A DNA stretch of 64,000 nt from an uncultured Gammaproteobacteria bacterium. Its GTDB lineage: Bacteria; Patescibacteriota; Patescibacteriia; Patescibacteriales; GWC2-42-12. The stretch spans positions 76,112 to 140,111 of the forward strand of contig CAZLKB010000004.1 in assembly GCA_964560005.1 (NCBI GenBank), read 5' to 3'. Position numbers and translations under genes: made by a program. Position 1 is the first letter of the stretch, and every line of letters starts with the position of its first letter. This document shows positions 52,396 through 61,253 of this stretch, one piece after another. Under the pieces are notes generated by a model, which made no database searches, was not told where the DNA came from, and saw nothing but the letters and a program-made list of their open reading frames with translations.

Positions 52396-52416
52396 GAGAT
52401 TAGTAAAACGAATTAC

Positions 52417-52451
52417 CAGACTCTACGCATTTCATAGCAGAGTCTTTTTTT
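52417..52451 (+). terminator. Intrinsic terminator after the orphan gene
   Basis: AGACTCT-N14-AGAGTCT followed by TTTTTTT. Confidence 0.8.
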
Positions 52452-52454
52452 ATT

Positions 52455-53993
52455 TCACTTAAACACCTGCGCCATAAACACCTGAATCTCCGTATCCTTA
52501 TCTTTATAGCAACTGGGCGCGAGCCCGGCCTTCTGCCAGCAAAGCTGGGCTAAAAATTCTTCCAGGCTCCAGCCGGTTTCGGTCGCGACTTGAGGCAGAA
52601 ACACTCCCCGATTTCCGCCTTGCCCGAGGATAACGCCATGCTTGCCCAATTCAATCTTTCGCCAATCATCAATCGGCTCAGGCGTTGATAGGACGCTGAC
52701 TTCATATTCCAGTCCGTCCAACTCCTCGGCGCTAACCGGATTAAACCGGTCGTCTTCGCTACATGCGGCCACGGCCATTTCGCGCACCACCTGCCAAAGT
52801 GGCAAATCTGACGGCACAATCTGGCCGATACAGCCGCGCAGTTGACCATTTTTATTTAAAGTCACGAAGGCGCCTTGTTTTTTATTTAATCCTTGATCAA
52901 CCACATTAAATCCCGGTATTTTCCCGGTTTTCACATAACTTTCCACCGTCTCTTTGGCAATCTTTAATAACATCTTCTGTTGTTCATTATTTAATTCCCC
53001 GTTTACCCCGGATTTAGCTGAGATCGCATTGGCATTTTCCTTCTCATTTCTAACTTCTAACTTCTTACTTCCAAACGCGATCGCTCCATACCCCACTACC
53101 TGGCTTTTATCGCCGATCCCCGGCGCATCGCCGCTATTGGCATATTTTAAAATCTCAACTTCATCCCAGCCGGCCAAATTAGCCAGTTCCATTACGGTTT
53201 TCACCGCGTCAACGCCGCAAAGCACGGTTTGTTCGTTAGCGTAATTAGCGCTCTCAACGGTTGCCACATAATTTTCCAGTTCTGCTATGTCTCCAGTCTT
53301 TATTTTTTCCAAAGCGCCTTGATCAATCTTGTTAGCGTCCTCATACTTAGGGTAATGCGACATATCTGTAGAAATTACCACCAAATCATTCTCGCCCAGA
53401 TTGTCATAAAGCGCCTGCGCCAACTTTTTATATGTTCCATCATCTTTATTGCCGAATTCAATGGCTACAATTTTAAAGCCCGGCTCCAGAACTGTCTGCA
53501 AAAACGGCAGCTGGACTTCCAGGTTATGGTCGGTTTGGTGCGGCGCGCCGTCGAATTTTATGGACGTATCAGAATTTACCAACTGCCCTGCCAATTCCTT
53601 ATCAACCGCCACCTGGCCTAAAGGCGTTTGCCAAGCGTCGCTATCATCAACGGCCGCGCCATCAAAATAGGCCTGGTGTGAATTACTGATAATTACTGCT
53701 GTCCCAATTTTTTTGCCGGCCAGTTGCTTATAGCCGTAAGCCGCCACTGCTCCGCTATAGTCGTAACCGGCGTGCGGCACGATTATGGCTTTAATCTGTC
53801 CGAAAATTTTTTGCTCCGGCGTCTGCTTTAAAAATCTTTGAATTTTATCGGAAATAGCGCCTTTTTCAAAAGGGTAAAACTGCCCGGCCACCGCCGGCTC
53901 ACGAATTTTTTTTGGCATATCATTAGTAGCCTGATTATTTACACAGGCGGTTAAAAATAACAATGCTATAAACAATAACACTATTCTTTTCAT
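52455..53993 (-). CDS. Memo-like / AMMECR1 fusion protein with a lipoprotein signal peptide
   Basis: Lipobox 'LLFLTAC'. Memo region 'AGQFYPFEK...IIVPHAGYDYSG...STDMSHY'. AMMECR1 hallmark 'GAFVTLNKNGQLRGCIG'. The linker 'KKLEVRNEKENA' is encoded by an AT-word repeat. Confidence 0.8.
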   Translation of the reverse strand: MKRIVLLFIALLFLTACVNNQATNDMPKKIREPAVAGQFYPFEKGAISDKIQRFLKQTPEQKIFGQIKAIIVPHAGYDYSGAVAAYGYKQLAGKKIGTAVIISNSHQAYFDGAAVDDSDAWQTPLGQVAVDKELAGQLVNSDTSIKFDGAPHQTDHNLEVQLPFLQTVLEPGFKIVAIEFGNKDDGTYKKLAQALYDNLGENDLVVISTDMSHYPKYEDANKIDQGALEKIKTGDIAELENYVATVESANYANEQTVLCGVDAVKTVMELANLAGWDEVEILKYANSGDAPGIGDKSQVVGYGAIAFGSKKLEVRNEKENANAISAKSGVNGELNNEQQKMLLKIAKETVESYVKTGKIPGFNVVDQGLNKKQGAFVTLNKNGQLRGCIGQIVPSDLPLWQVVREMAVAACSEDDRFNPVSAEELDGLEYEVSVLSTPEPIDDWRKIELGKHGVILGQGGNRGVFLPQVATETGWSLEEFLAQLCWQKAGLAPSCYKDKDTEIQVFMAQVFK

Positions 53994-54117
53994 GACAATA
54001 ATGTAAAGTTTAAATCTTAAAGTGTAAAATGACAGTTTAAAATTAAAAATGTCTAATTATTATAATTTTACATTTTGCATTGTCATTTTACATTTTGAGA
54101 TTTACATTTTAAATTTT
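53994..54117. repeat. Family A palindromic module
   Basis: AATGTAAAGTTTAAATCTTAAAGTGTAAAATGACAGT is mirrored by GCATTGTCATTTTACATTTTGAGATTTACATTTTAAAT. Confidence 0.85.
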
Positions 54118-54894
54118 TTATTTCCCGTTCACCGCCTTTAATATCTGCGTGTGCACCTTGCCGTTAGAGGCCGCGATATTAGGTTCGCCTAAACGCCAAT
54201 CACGGCCCTTAAAATCCGTCACCTTGCCGCCGGCTTCCCGGACTAATAATACCCCGGCCGCCACATCCCAGTCGTTGGTGCCGGGCGCGACGAAAGATTC
54301 CACCCGGCCGGTAGCTACATAGGCGAGTTCAATCGCGGCCGAGCCCATTTGCCGGCAATCCAATTCGTTCAATTTTTGCTTGCGCCAATAGGCCAGGGCT
54401 TTTTTAATATAAACATCTTTGGTGCCATGGCAAAAAGTATTTAAAACCTTGCCTTGGCTGATACTGGAAACATGAATTTTCCTGCCGTTCAATTCCGCGC
54501 CCTGCCCGGTTTCGGCTGAGTAAGTTTCCTCCAGCATCGGCGCGTAAATCAGGCCGAAAATTAATTCGCCTTGCTTGGCTAAGGCCATAGAAATTGACCA
54601 GAGAGGGTTATGCATGGAGAAATTAGTAGTGCCGTCAATCGGGTCAATATACCAGGTATATTCGGCAGTATTTTTCTCCCTTGGCCTCTCTTCGGAAACA
54701 ATGCCATGGCCGGGAAAATATTTTTTGATCTCACTAATAATTATTTCCTGGGAAAGTAAATCAGCCTTGGTTAAAATTTCATGATGCGATTTAAGCATGA
54801 CATCAAGACGATTAAATCTGGCGTATTCTTTTTTTAGCATCCGCCCCGACAGTTCAACCGCGCTTAAAGCGATTTTTTTTATTTGATCAGACAT
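54118..54894 (-). CDS. Inositol monophosphatase family protein
   Basis: 'WYIDPIDGTTNF' and 'WDVAAG'. The likely start is M12, 'MSDQIKK'; the upstream part of the ORF is repeat sequence. Confidence 0.85.
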   Translation of the reverse strand: MSDQIKKIALSAVELSGRMLKKEYARFNRLDVMLKSHHEILTKADLLSQEIIISEIKKYFPGHGIVSEERPREKNTAEYTWYIDPIDGTTNFSMHNPLWSISMALAKQGELIFGLIYAPMLEETYSAETGQGAELNGRKIHVSSISQGKVLNTFCHGTKDVYIKKALAYWRKQKLNELDCRQMGSAAIELAYVATGRVESFVAPGTNDWDVAAGVLLVREAGGKVTDFKGRDWRLGEPNIAASNGKVHTQILKAVNGK

Positions 54895-55000
54895 AGGATT
54901 AATTTTCAATTTACAATTTTCAAACAAAGTCGCTATTTATCTCATTGATAATTTAGTCATTGAAAATTCATTGAAAATAAAAATTTGAAAATTTAAAATT
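54895..55000. repeat. Family B palindromic module
   Basis: AATTTTCAATTTACAATTTTCAAACAA... is mirrored by ...GTCATTGAAAATTCATTGAAAATAAAAATTTGAAAATTT. Confidence 0.85.
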
Positions 55001-55531
55001 TTATAATAATTCCAACATCTTTAGTTCCAGCTTCCCATTTTCGCTATCCCAAACCGCGAAGGTGGCTTTGGTAAAAACCCCGCCTAAAGTTCCCGGATTA
55101 ACGGTTGTTACGGAGTCTTTTTCCCCTATCCAGGGCTCATGAGTATGGCCGTAAAATACTATTTCACATTTTTTTAAATTTAAAACGCTTTTTATATACC
55201 AAGGTTCGTGGCATAAACCAATGGTTTTACCGTCTATTTCCGTAACGCCAAAACGACCCAAATAATTTATATTTTTATATCTCTTAACTTCTGCTTCATC
55301 ATATATTTCTAAATTACCGCGCACTAAATACATGGTTTTAAAATTTTTCGCCAGATAGGCCAGGGTCTCGCTGTTAACCACATCGCCGCAGCAAATCGCC
55401 CGATTAATAGACTGGTTCTTGCCCCAATTTATGCATTTTTCCAGATTTACTAAATTGTCATGGATGTCGGAGATAATTAAATATTTTCCGCCAGAGGCGG
55501 ATCCGCCTTGGGCGGACATATTATTCATCAT
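55001..55531 (-). CDS. YfcE/MJ0936-type metallophosphoesterase
   Basis: 'LIISDIHDN', 'CCGDV' and 'GHTHEP'. The start is uncertain (M1 at 55585, M19 at 55531, M23 at 55519). 'SAQGGSASGG' is encoded by a GC hairpin. Confidence 0.75.
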   Translation of the reverse strand: MMNNMSAQGGSASGGKYLIISDIHDNLVNLEKCINWGKNQSINRAICCGDVVNSETLAYLAKNFKTMYLVRGNLEIYDEAEVKRYKNINYLGRFGVTEIDGKTIGLCHEPWYIKSVLNLKKCEIVFYGHTHEPWIGEKDSVTTVNPGTLGGVFTKATFAVWDSENGKLELKMLELL

Positions 55532-55566
55532 AATTACTTTAATAAATTTATTCTTACAATTTACTT

Positions 55567-56703
55567 TTAATTCGCGATACTCCATATTTCATATATCATT
55601 CCCAAAATAAATAGACACGATAAAAAATAGGCCATGGGTTTGGTTAATTTATTTTTCACCGCCGAAACCTTCTCCGGCTTGGCTTTTATTATAATTACCA
55701 GCCAAATTAATATAAGGCCGGACAACCCGCCGGTAACGGCGCCGGTAAAACTGATAACCTTGGTTAAGTCGGCCAGGCCTAATAAAAATAAAAAATAAGG
55801 CACGAAGCCGGCTAAAAACCAGGCTAATTTATTATTCAATTTAAAATCCCATTCAAAAATTTCTTCAGTGGCCTGGGCGGTCAGGATGTATGAAGTGATA
55901 ATCGCCAACAAGCCGAAAACCAAAGCGAAAGTCACCACCCCGTCCTGTAAAACTTGGCTTAGACCGAATAAAGTGTCGGGCGAAGTTTTAGCGCCGGTTA
56001 TGCCCAGCACCAGCAAAACAAAAAATAGCATCAAGCCGGCGGAAATAAAAGTCCCCCAGGCAATCGCGCTCTTGATTTTATTTTTTTCATTGGCTAAAAG
56101 GCGGCAAACTTCCGGAATGGCCATCATGCCGCCAACGGAAAAAAATATCGGGCCGTAAGGCAAAAAAATATTATTCCAGTCAACTAAATGATAATTAGCC
56201 ATTGCTACATAGCCGAAGCCTCGCCAAGCGATCAAACCGATGATAAGAATCAAAATACCGGTTAAAATTAATTCTGTTCCGGAGATTAATTTTATATCAA
56301 AAAAGGTTATTGCTGTAACGAAGATAAACAGGCAGCTGGAATAAATCAAAACGCTGCCGCCGAAATAGGGACCTAATAATTGGTTTAAAAAAAGCCCGCC
56401 CACGATGATATAGGCTAAAATTGAACCATAAGCGCCAATGATTTCAACCGCGAAGGTGGCTGCTTGACTCTTTTCCCCGGCATATTTCTCCGCAAAACCG
56501 GGCAGACGGTGCTTATCTTTGGTTGACAAAACCACCTCGGCGAAAAGCAGATGTAAAAAATATTGGATAGCCGCCAACCCTATCATAAAAACGAATAACG
56601 GTATAATCCCGGCCTGGTTAATAGCGAAAGGTATGGCGAAAACGCCAACGCCGATAATCGCTCCCATTAATGTGGTTACGGCTAATAAATAATTTTTAGA
56701 CAT
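55567..56703 (-). CDS. Amino-acid permease-like transporter (Aa_trans / aromatic amino-acid permease-like)
   Basis: 378 aa with about 11 TM helices. N-terminal 'AVTTLMGAIIGVGVFAIPFAINQAGI'. Confidence 0.65.
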   Translation of the reverse strand: MSKNYLLAVTTLMGAIIGVGVFAIPFAINQAGIIPLFVFMIGLAAIQYFLHLLFAEVVLSTKDKHRLPGFAEKYAGEKSQAATFAVEIIGAYGSILAYIIVGGLFLNQLLGPYFGGSVLIYSSCLFIFVTAITFFDIKLISGTELILTGILILIIGLIAWRGFGYVAMANYHLVDWNNIFLPYGPIFFSVGGMMAIPEVCRLLANEKNKIKSAIAWGTFISAGLMLFFVLLVLGITGAKTSPDTLFGLSQVLQDGVVTFALVFGLLAIITSYILTAQATEEIFEWDFKLNNKLAWFLAGFVPYFLFLLGLADLTKVISFTGAVTGGLSGLILIWLVIIIKAKPEKVSAVKNKLTKPMAYFLSCLFILGMIYEIWSIAN

Positions 56704-56711
56704 AACTATTC

Positions 56712-56772
56712 GTCATGCCGGCCTCCCCGCCTAGACTCGTTAGGCGAGGCTGGCGAGCCGGCATCTGTCATT
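56712..56772. repeat. GC-rich hairpin element abutting the permease start
   Basis: GTCATGCCGGC...GCCGGCATCTGTCATT with an inner CGCCTA..TAGGCG stem. Confidence 0.7.
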
Positions 56773-56881
56773 TAATTAATAATCCATTTCCTCTTCTTTA
56801 ATTATAACCCAAACATCTGCTAATTACCAAATAAAAAAAAAGCGCGCCACTTTAAGTGACACGCTGCGCGTTAAATTCCTC

Positions 56882-57388
56882 CTACTTAACCCCAATTATC
56901 TCATCAATTTCATCAAAAAAACCTTGAAACAAAGTTTCCAATGACATTGGCGGCGTATCGCTGGAACCGGGACTCAGGTTTTCGTGTTTACCGCCGAGAT
57001 ACCACTCCCGTCGTTTTCGCCAGGCTGCTTGGATTAGCTCTTGATCATCATAAATATATTGCTCCCGATGATACCGCTGGGCAAACTTGGTATGCCATAC
57101 GGTTATGGGGTCCGTGTCCCACTTCACTAACTTGGCTCCGTGTTTTTCACAGATGGTAAAAGTCAATTTGGTGACACGCCGAATCCACCAACGTCTTCTG
57201 CCTTTAGAACTGCGATAAGACCTTGCTTCATCGGGCGGAAGCAGTATTTTAGAAATGCGTTTGGTTGTTCGACCGCAGCCTTCATGAGTGCAACGGCGTC
57301 CGATTCGCTTATAAACACGATGAAGATACATGCAGAAGGCTATTATGGCCACAGTTATTATCGCTCCGACAATATGATAGACATTCAT
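56882..57388 (-). CDS. Orphan membrane-anchored basic protein
   Basis: 168 aa with an N-terminal TM helix. 'CTHEGCG' and 'CEKHG'. An AAAGGA SD-like site lies upstream. It is GC-richer than its neighbours. Confidence 0.45.
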   Translation of the reverse strand: MNVYHIVGAIITVAIIAFCMYLHRVYKRIGRRCTHEGCGRTTKRISKILLPPDEARSYRSSKGRRRWWIRRVTKLTFTICEKHGAKLVKWDTDPITVWHTKFAQRYHREQYIYDDQELIQAAWRKRREWYLGGKHENLSPGSSDTPPMSLETLFQGFFDEIDEIIGVK

Positions 57389-57552
57389 GACTATTTTTTC
57401 CTTTCGTTACTAAACTTTTTGGCAAATTTTATTGAGATTACTTTCGCTGGATTCTTCATCCTAGCTAATAATAATCCCGGTTTTAAAGAACGTTTATGGC
57501 ATTTAAATCATTTAAACATTATCATATAGCCAAATTTTTATCAATGACCAAA

Positions 57553-57588
57553 TAAAAAAGAAAGGCAAATTTTGCCTCTCAATTTTTT
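57553..57588 (-). terminator. Intrinsic terminator after the translin-like gene
   Basis: Minus strand GAGAGGCAAAATTTGCCTTTC followed by TTTTTTATTT. Confidence 0.75.
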
Positions 57589-57599
57589 ATAATACTGCT

Positions 57600-58169
57600 T
57601 TATTTTCTCAAATTTATCTCGTAATTTATCTGCTCAATCTTTCTTAAATGCCCCTTGGCTTGATCATACTTTGTCCTTAAATAGCTTCTCATGTCAAACT
57701 CCACCAGTTCGGCCATTAAACAATCGGCGATTTTATGAATTTTTTTCACTTCATTATATTTTTTCTCGGTAGCCATTTTTATCGCCAGCCTGACCAACTC
57801 GCCGATTAAATCGCTTAACCCGCCGAGATAGCTTTCATAATTCAGGGTTACTTCCTTAATTTTATCTATTTTCTCGCCCGCCAGCACTAAGAAAAACATT
57901 TTTGCTTCAACATATTCTTCCACCGCCGCCTTATACGAACCCTCTTCCTGGAGCCTATCGTAACTGAATTTATTTTCCAAATTCTTTAAAATATCTTCAA
58001 CTTCCTTAAGCGTTTGTCCGGCGCTTTTAATATCGCCACGGTGCAAGGAAAAAATCGCTTTTTTAGCGTCATGCAAAACCGCGTTAGCCAGACTGATAAT
58101 CTGCCGGCATTCTCCCGCATGAATATCAAACTCCTTTTTTAATTGCTGAATGAATTTTTTATTAATCAT
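57600..58169 (-). CDS. Translin-family (COG2178-like) predicted nucleic-acid-binding protein
   Basis: 189 aa, all-helical. 'YVEAKMFF' and 'YLGGLSDLIGELVR' resemble prokaryotic translin-like proteins. Confidence 0.55.
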   Translation of the reverse strand: MINKKFIQQLKKEFDIHAGECRQIISLANAVLHDAKKAIFSLHRGDIKSAGQTLKEVEDILKNLENKFSYDRLQEEGSYKAAVEEYVEAKMFFLVLAGEKIDKIKEVTLNYESYLGGLSDLIGELVRLAIKMATEKKYNEVKKIHKIADCLMAELVEFDMRSYLRTKYDQAKGHLRKIEQINYEINLRK

Positions 58170-58261
58170 AATTAAGTTATAAAGATAAAAAGTTCATAAA
58201 GTTATAAAGTTGCTTTTTAAACTTTCAACTTTATAACTTTACAAACTTTATAACTGATAAT
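58170..58261. repeat. Family C palindromic module
   Basis: GTTATAAAGATAAAAAGTTCATAAAGTTATAAAGTT is mirrored by AACTTTATAACTTTACAAACTTTATAAC. It shares ACTTTATAACTTTACAAACTTTATAA with 38344-38421. Confidence 0.85.
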
Positions 58262-59965
58262 TTATTCCGAAACTCTAAAGACCTCTTCTACGCTAGTGAT
58301 ACCGTCCAAAGCTTTTAACAGCCCGTCCTGCACCATGGTAATCATGCCGTTTTTCTTGGCATTATTGCGCAAATCATATTCGCTGGCCGTACCGGTTAAT
58401 ATTATTTTTTCCATTTCTTCATTCATAACCATCACTTCGTAAATGCCGATTCTGCCTTTATAGCCGATGCCCTGGCAGGACTCGCAGCCATCGCCTTGAT
58501 AGAATTTTAAATTATTTAAGTCAAACTTTTTCTTTTCCTCCTCCCCAAGCTCGCCTAAAATCCCTTTAACCCGCTCTAAAATGCCGCTATCCAGCTTTAC
58601 TTCTTTTTTGCACTTTTCACAATTTTTTCTAACCAGTCTCTGCCCGATCATGACATTTAAAGCCGGCGCCAAGAGATAAGGCTTGGCTCCCATGGATAAA
58701 AATCTGGGCACCGTTCCGGCGGCATCATTGGTATGAATTGTGGATAGAACCAAGTGCCCTGTTAAGGCCGCTTGAATGGCGATTTCCGCTGTTTCTAAAT
58801 CGCGAATTTCGCCTACCATGATTATATCCGGATCTTGCCGGACAATCGAGCGCAAGCCTTGGGCAAAAGTATAATTTTTACTGGCCTGCGATTGATTAAC
58901 GCCGCTCAGTTGATATTCAATCGGGTCTTCAATGGTGATAATTTTTGTTGTCGGAATATTCAGCTTTTTTAAAACCGCGTAAAGAGTGGTGGTTTTACCG
59001 GAACCGGTCGGCCCGGTAGTGATAATCATGCCGTTGGGGCGCTCAACCTCCCTCTTCAGCTGGTCAAAGGCTTGCCCGCGAATGCCTAGATAACCGAATT
59101 CCAATCCCACCGCGCTTGATCTTAATAATCTCATCACCACGCTCTCGCCGAAATTAGTCGGTAAAAAAGACGCCCTGATATCAATCCTGTCTGTTTTCAT
59201 AAAGATTGACAGGCGGCCGTCTTGCGGCTTGTCGGTAATGTTGATTTTCACCCCGGCCAGATATTTCATGCGTGAAATTATTTTTCCCCAGGCCGATTTA
59301 TCAATCGTAGCCGCGTCGTGCAAAACGCCGTCAATTCTGAACCTTACCTTTATAATCCCTTCCTCGCCCTCTATATGGATATCGGAAGAATTTGATTTTA
59401 TGGCCGCGGCCATAATCATTGTCACGATTTCCGTAGTTTGCGCCCCGCTTATTCCCGTTTGTAAATCTCGGAAGCTGGAAAATTTTTCACCATACTTATT
59501 CAGATCTTCTTCGGTAATTTTGACGCCGCGGACGATTTCTCTGACTTTAGGTATGGTTTTAAACATGTCCAGGCCGTAATTAAAGCTGTTTTCGGTGACT
59601 AAATAGACTTTTGTTTCGGCAAAATATTTTTCCGCCAGCTGGCGAGCCTTATTCTGCACTTCTGGATTACCGGGGTTTAGACTGGCCAAACGGATATTCT
59701 GCCCGTTATAAAAAAAACACAAAGTGTTTAGCTCCTTGGTTTCGTTTTCATCAATTAAAACCAAAGCTTCCGGACTGATGGGAAAGCCGACTAAATCAAC
59801 ATAAGGCAAGCCTAGACTTTCGGCCTTTTGCTTGGTAATCCGTTCCAGTTCTTTAATCCTTAGTTGTTTTTGCTTAACCGCGAATTTCGCCGTGGCGCTT
59901 TCGTCGTCGCCCGCTTGACCGGCCGCATCGCTAAACAAATCGGAGATTGATTGATTAGTTGGCAT
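58262..59965 (-). CDS. pilB: GspE/PilB-family type II/IV secretion (type IV pilus assembly) ATPase
   Basis: Walker A 'GPTGSGKTTTLY', the Asp box, Walker B 'IMVGEIRD', the His box 'GHLVLSTIHTN', and the tetracysteine motif 'CEKCK...CESCQG'. Confidence 0.9.
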   Translation of the reverse strand: MPTNQSISDLFSDAAGQAGDDESATAKFAVKQKQLRIKELERITKQKAESLGLPYVDLVGFPISPEALVLIDENETKELNTLCFFYNGQNIRLASLNPGNPEVQNKARQLAEKYFAETKVYLVTENSFNYGLDMFKTIPKVREIVRGVKITEEDLNKYGEKFSSFRDLQTGISGAQTTEIVTMIMAAAIKSNSSDIHIEGEEGIIKVRFRIDGVLHDAATIDKSAWGKIISRMKYLAGVKINITDKPQDGRLSIFMKTDRIDIRASFLPTNFGESVVMRLLRSSAVGLEFGYLGIRGQAFDQLKREVERPNGMIITTGPTGSGKTTTLYAVLKKLNIPTTKIITIEDPIEYQLSGVNQSQASKNYTFAQGLRSIVRQDPDIIMVGEIRDLETAEIAIQAALTGHLVLSTIHTNDAAGTVPRFLSMGAKPYLLAPALNVMIGQRLVRKNCEKCKKEVKLDSGILERVKGILGELGEEEKKKFDLNNLKFYQGDGCESCQGIGYKGRIGIYEVMVMNEEMEKIILTGTASEYDLRNNAKKNGMITMVQDGLLKALDGITSVEEVFRVSE

Positions 59966-60160
59966 AAAAAAATTGAAAGTGAAAATATCAAAATTAAAAA
60001 TGAAAATGCAAAATGTAAAATTATAATTCCCAAAATCTAACTAAACTAATTTCTAATTAATGTTATATTCTTAATGATCAAAAAAAATTAAATAACTAAA
60101 CATTTTGCATTTTAAACTGTCATTTTTCATTTTGATATTTACATTTTACATTATTCTAAG
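59966..60160. repeat. Family A palindromic module (long spacer)
   Basis: GAAAGTGAAAATATCAAAATTAAAAATGAAAATGCAAAATGTAAAAT is mirrored by CATTTTGCATTTTAAACTGTCATTTTTCATTTTGATATTTACATTTTACATT. Confidence 0.8.
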
Positions 60161-60229
60161 TGTATTATACTTCATTTTATTAATAAAAAAAAGTGTGAGT
60201 CAGATAACTGCACCAAACCTAAAACATAA

Positions 60230-61174
60230 TTATTTTACCCTCTTCACTCTTATCAACCCCGAAGTAGCAATTACTTCTACTCCGTTCTTTTCAACTTCAT
60301 CCAAAAATAAATTTAAGCCCAATGAATCCGAGGCCATATGGCCGGCGATGACCACATTAACATGATTTTTTTCCGCTTCTTTCCGATGCTCTTCGCCCAT
60401 ATGCATGCCGATAACCGTACCAATGCCGGCCTGGGACATTTTTTCGTAAATTTCCTTGGAGCCCGAAGTGCCGCCGGTAAACTCGGTTACCACTACCCGG
60501 CCGCAGCTGTTATCCGGCGCTCCGGCAAAAATCTTCGGCCCGGCGTTGAATTGAGTCGCCGCTTTAAATTCAGGAATTTCTTTCAGCATCTCAACTACCT
60601 CGCCTATATTTTCAGGATTATTTTTCTTTATTATTTTAACTAAAAAATTAGCGCCTAGATTGTCAGCCGGCGTATGCACGCAGATAAAATCCAAACCTAA
60701 AATCCTGGCCATATCCACCGCGCGGTTATGATTAATGGGCGAAATGCCCCGGGCTACTTCGGCGATTCTCGGCTTGATTACCGACTCGGCCACATTTATC
60801 GGCACGCCGTAATCAGCCAAGACTTGCGCTTGTAAATCCATGACGCTATGAAGATCGGCTAAGGCCTTGCCTTCCGGATGATGAGCGATCACCAAATCAA
60901 CGCCAAGCTTTTCCGCCATCAGCAATTCCGCGCCTTCCATATCTATTCCAACCATGACTTTTTTAATATTTTTTTTCTTTACCTCTACTAAAATTCTGGA
61001 ATCGCTATAAGGATTGGACAATTTTTCCAAGTCAAATTCGCCCTTTTCTTGGGTGCTCATTTTTTCATACTTTTGCTTAGCGCGAGCCAAATATTTCTTC
61101 ACCTTTTCCGGCCCCCTTAGATCGGCCTTCATTCCCATCTTAATGGCTAAATCGTAAATTTGTTTTGTAGTCAT
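60230..61174 (-). CDS. NIF3-family dinuclear-metal-centre protein
   Basis: 'DLVIAHHPEG' and 'VVIAGHMASD'. Confidence 0.75.
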   Translation of the reverse strand: MTTKQIYDLAIKMGMKADLRGPEKVKKYLARAKQKYEKMSTQEKGEFDLEKLSNPYSDSRILVEVKKKNIKKVMVGIDMEGAELLMAEKLGVDLVIAHHPEGKALADLHSVMDLQAQVLADYGVPINVAESVIKPRIAEVARGISPINHNRAVDMARILGLDFICVHTPADNLGANFLVKIIKKNNPENIGEVVEMLKEIPEFKAATQFNAGPKIFAGAPDNSCGRVVVTEFTGGTSGSKEIYEKMSQAGIGTVIGMHMGEEHRKEAEKNHVNVVIAGHMASDSLGLNLFLDEVEKNGVEVIATSGLIRVKRVK

Positions 61175-61253
61175 AATAATATTAAGTTATAAAGTTTTAA
61201 AGTTGAAAGTCAAAACAATGAACTTTATAACTTTATAAACTTTTTACTTTTAA
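61175..61253. repeat. Family C palindromic module
   Basis: AAGTTATAAAGTTTTAAAGTTGAAAGT is mirrored by GAACTTTATAACTTTATAAACTTT. Confidence 0.85.

Noticed and set aside
60105-60365. An 86-aa plus-strand ORF starting in the right arm of the family A module, behind a TTTACATTATT motif.
   Set aside because: It is hydrophobic and low-complexity, translated from AT-rich repeat sequence, and then runs antisense into the NIF3 gene. The palindromic nature of the module explains the promoter-like motif on this strand.
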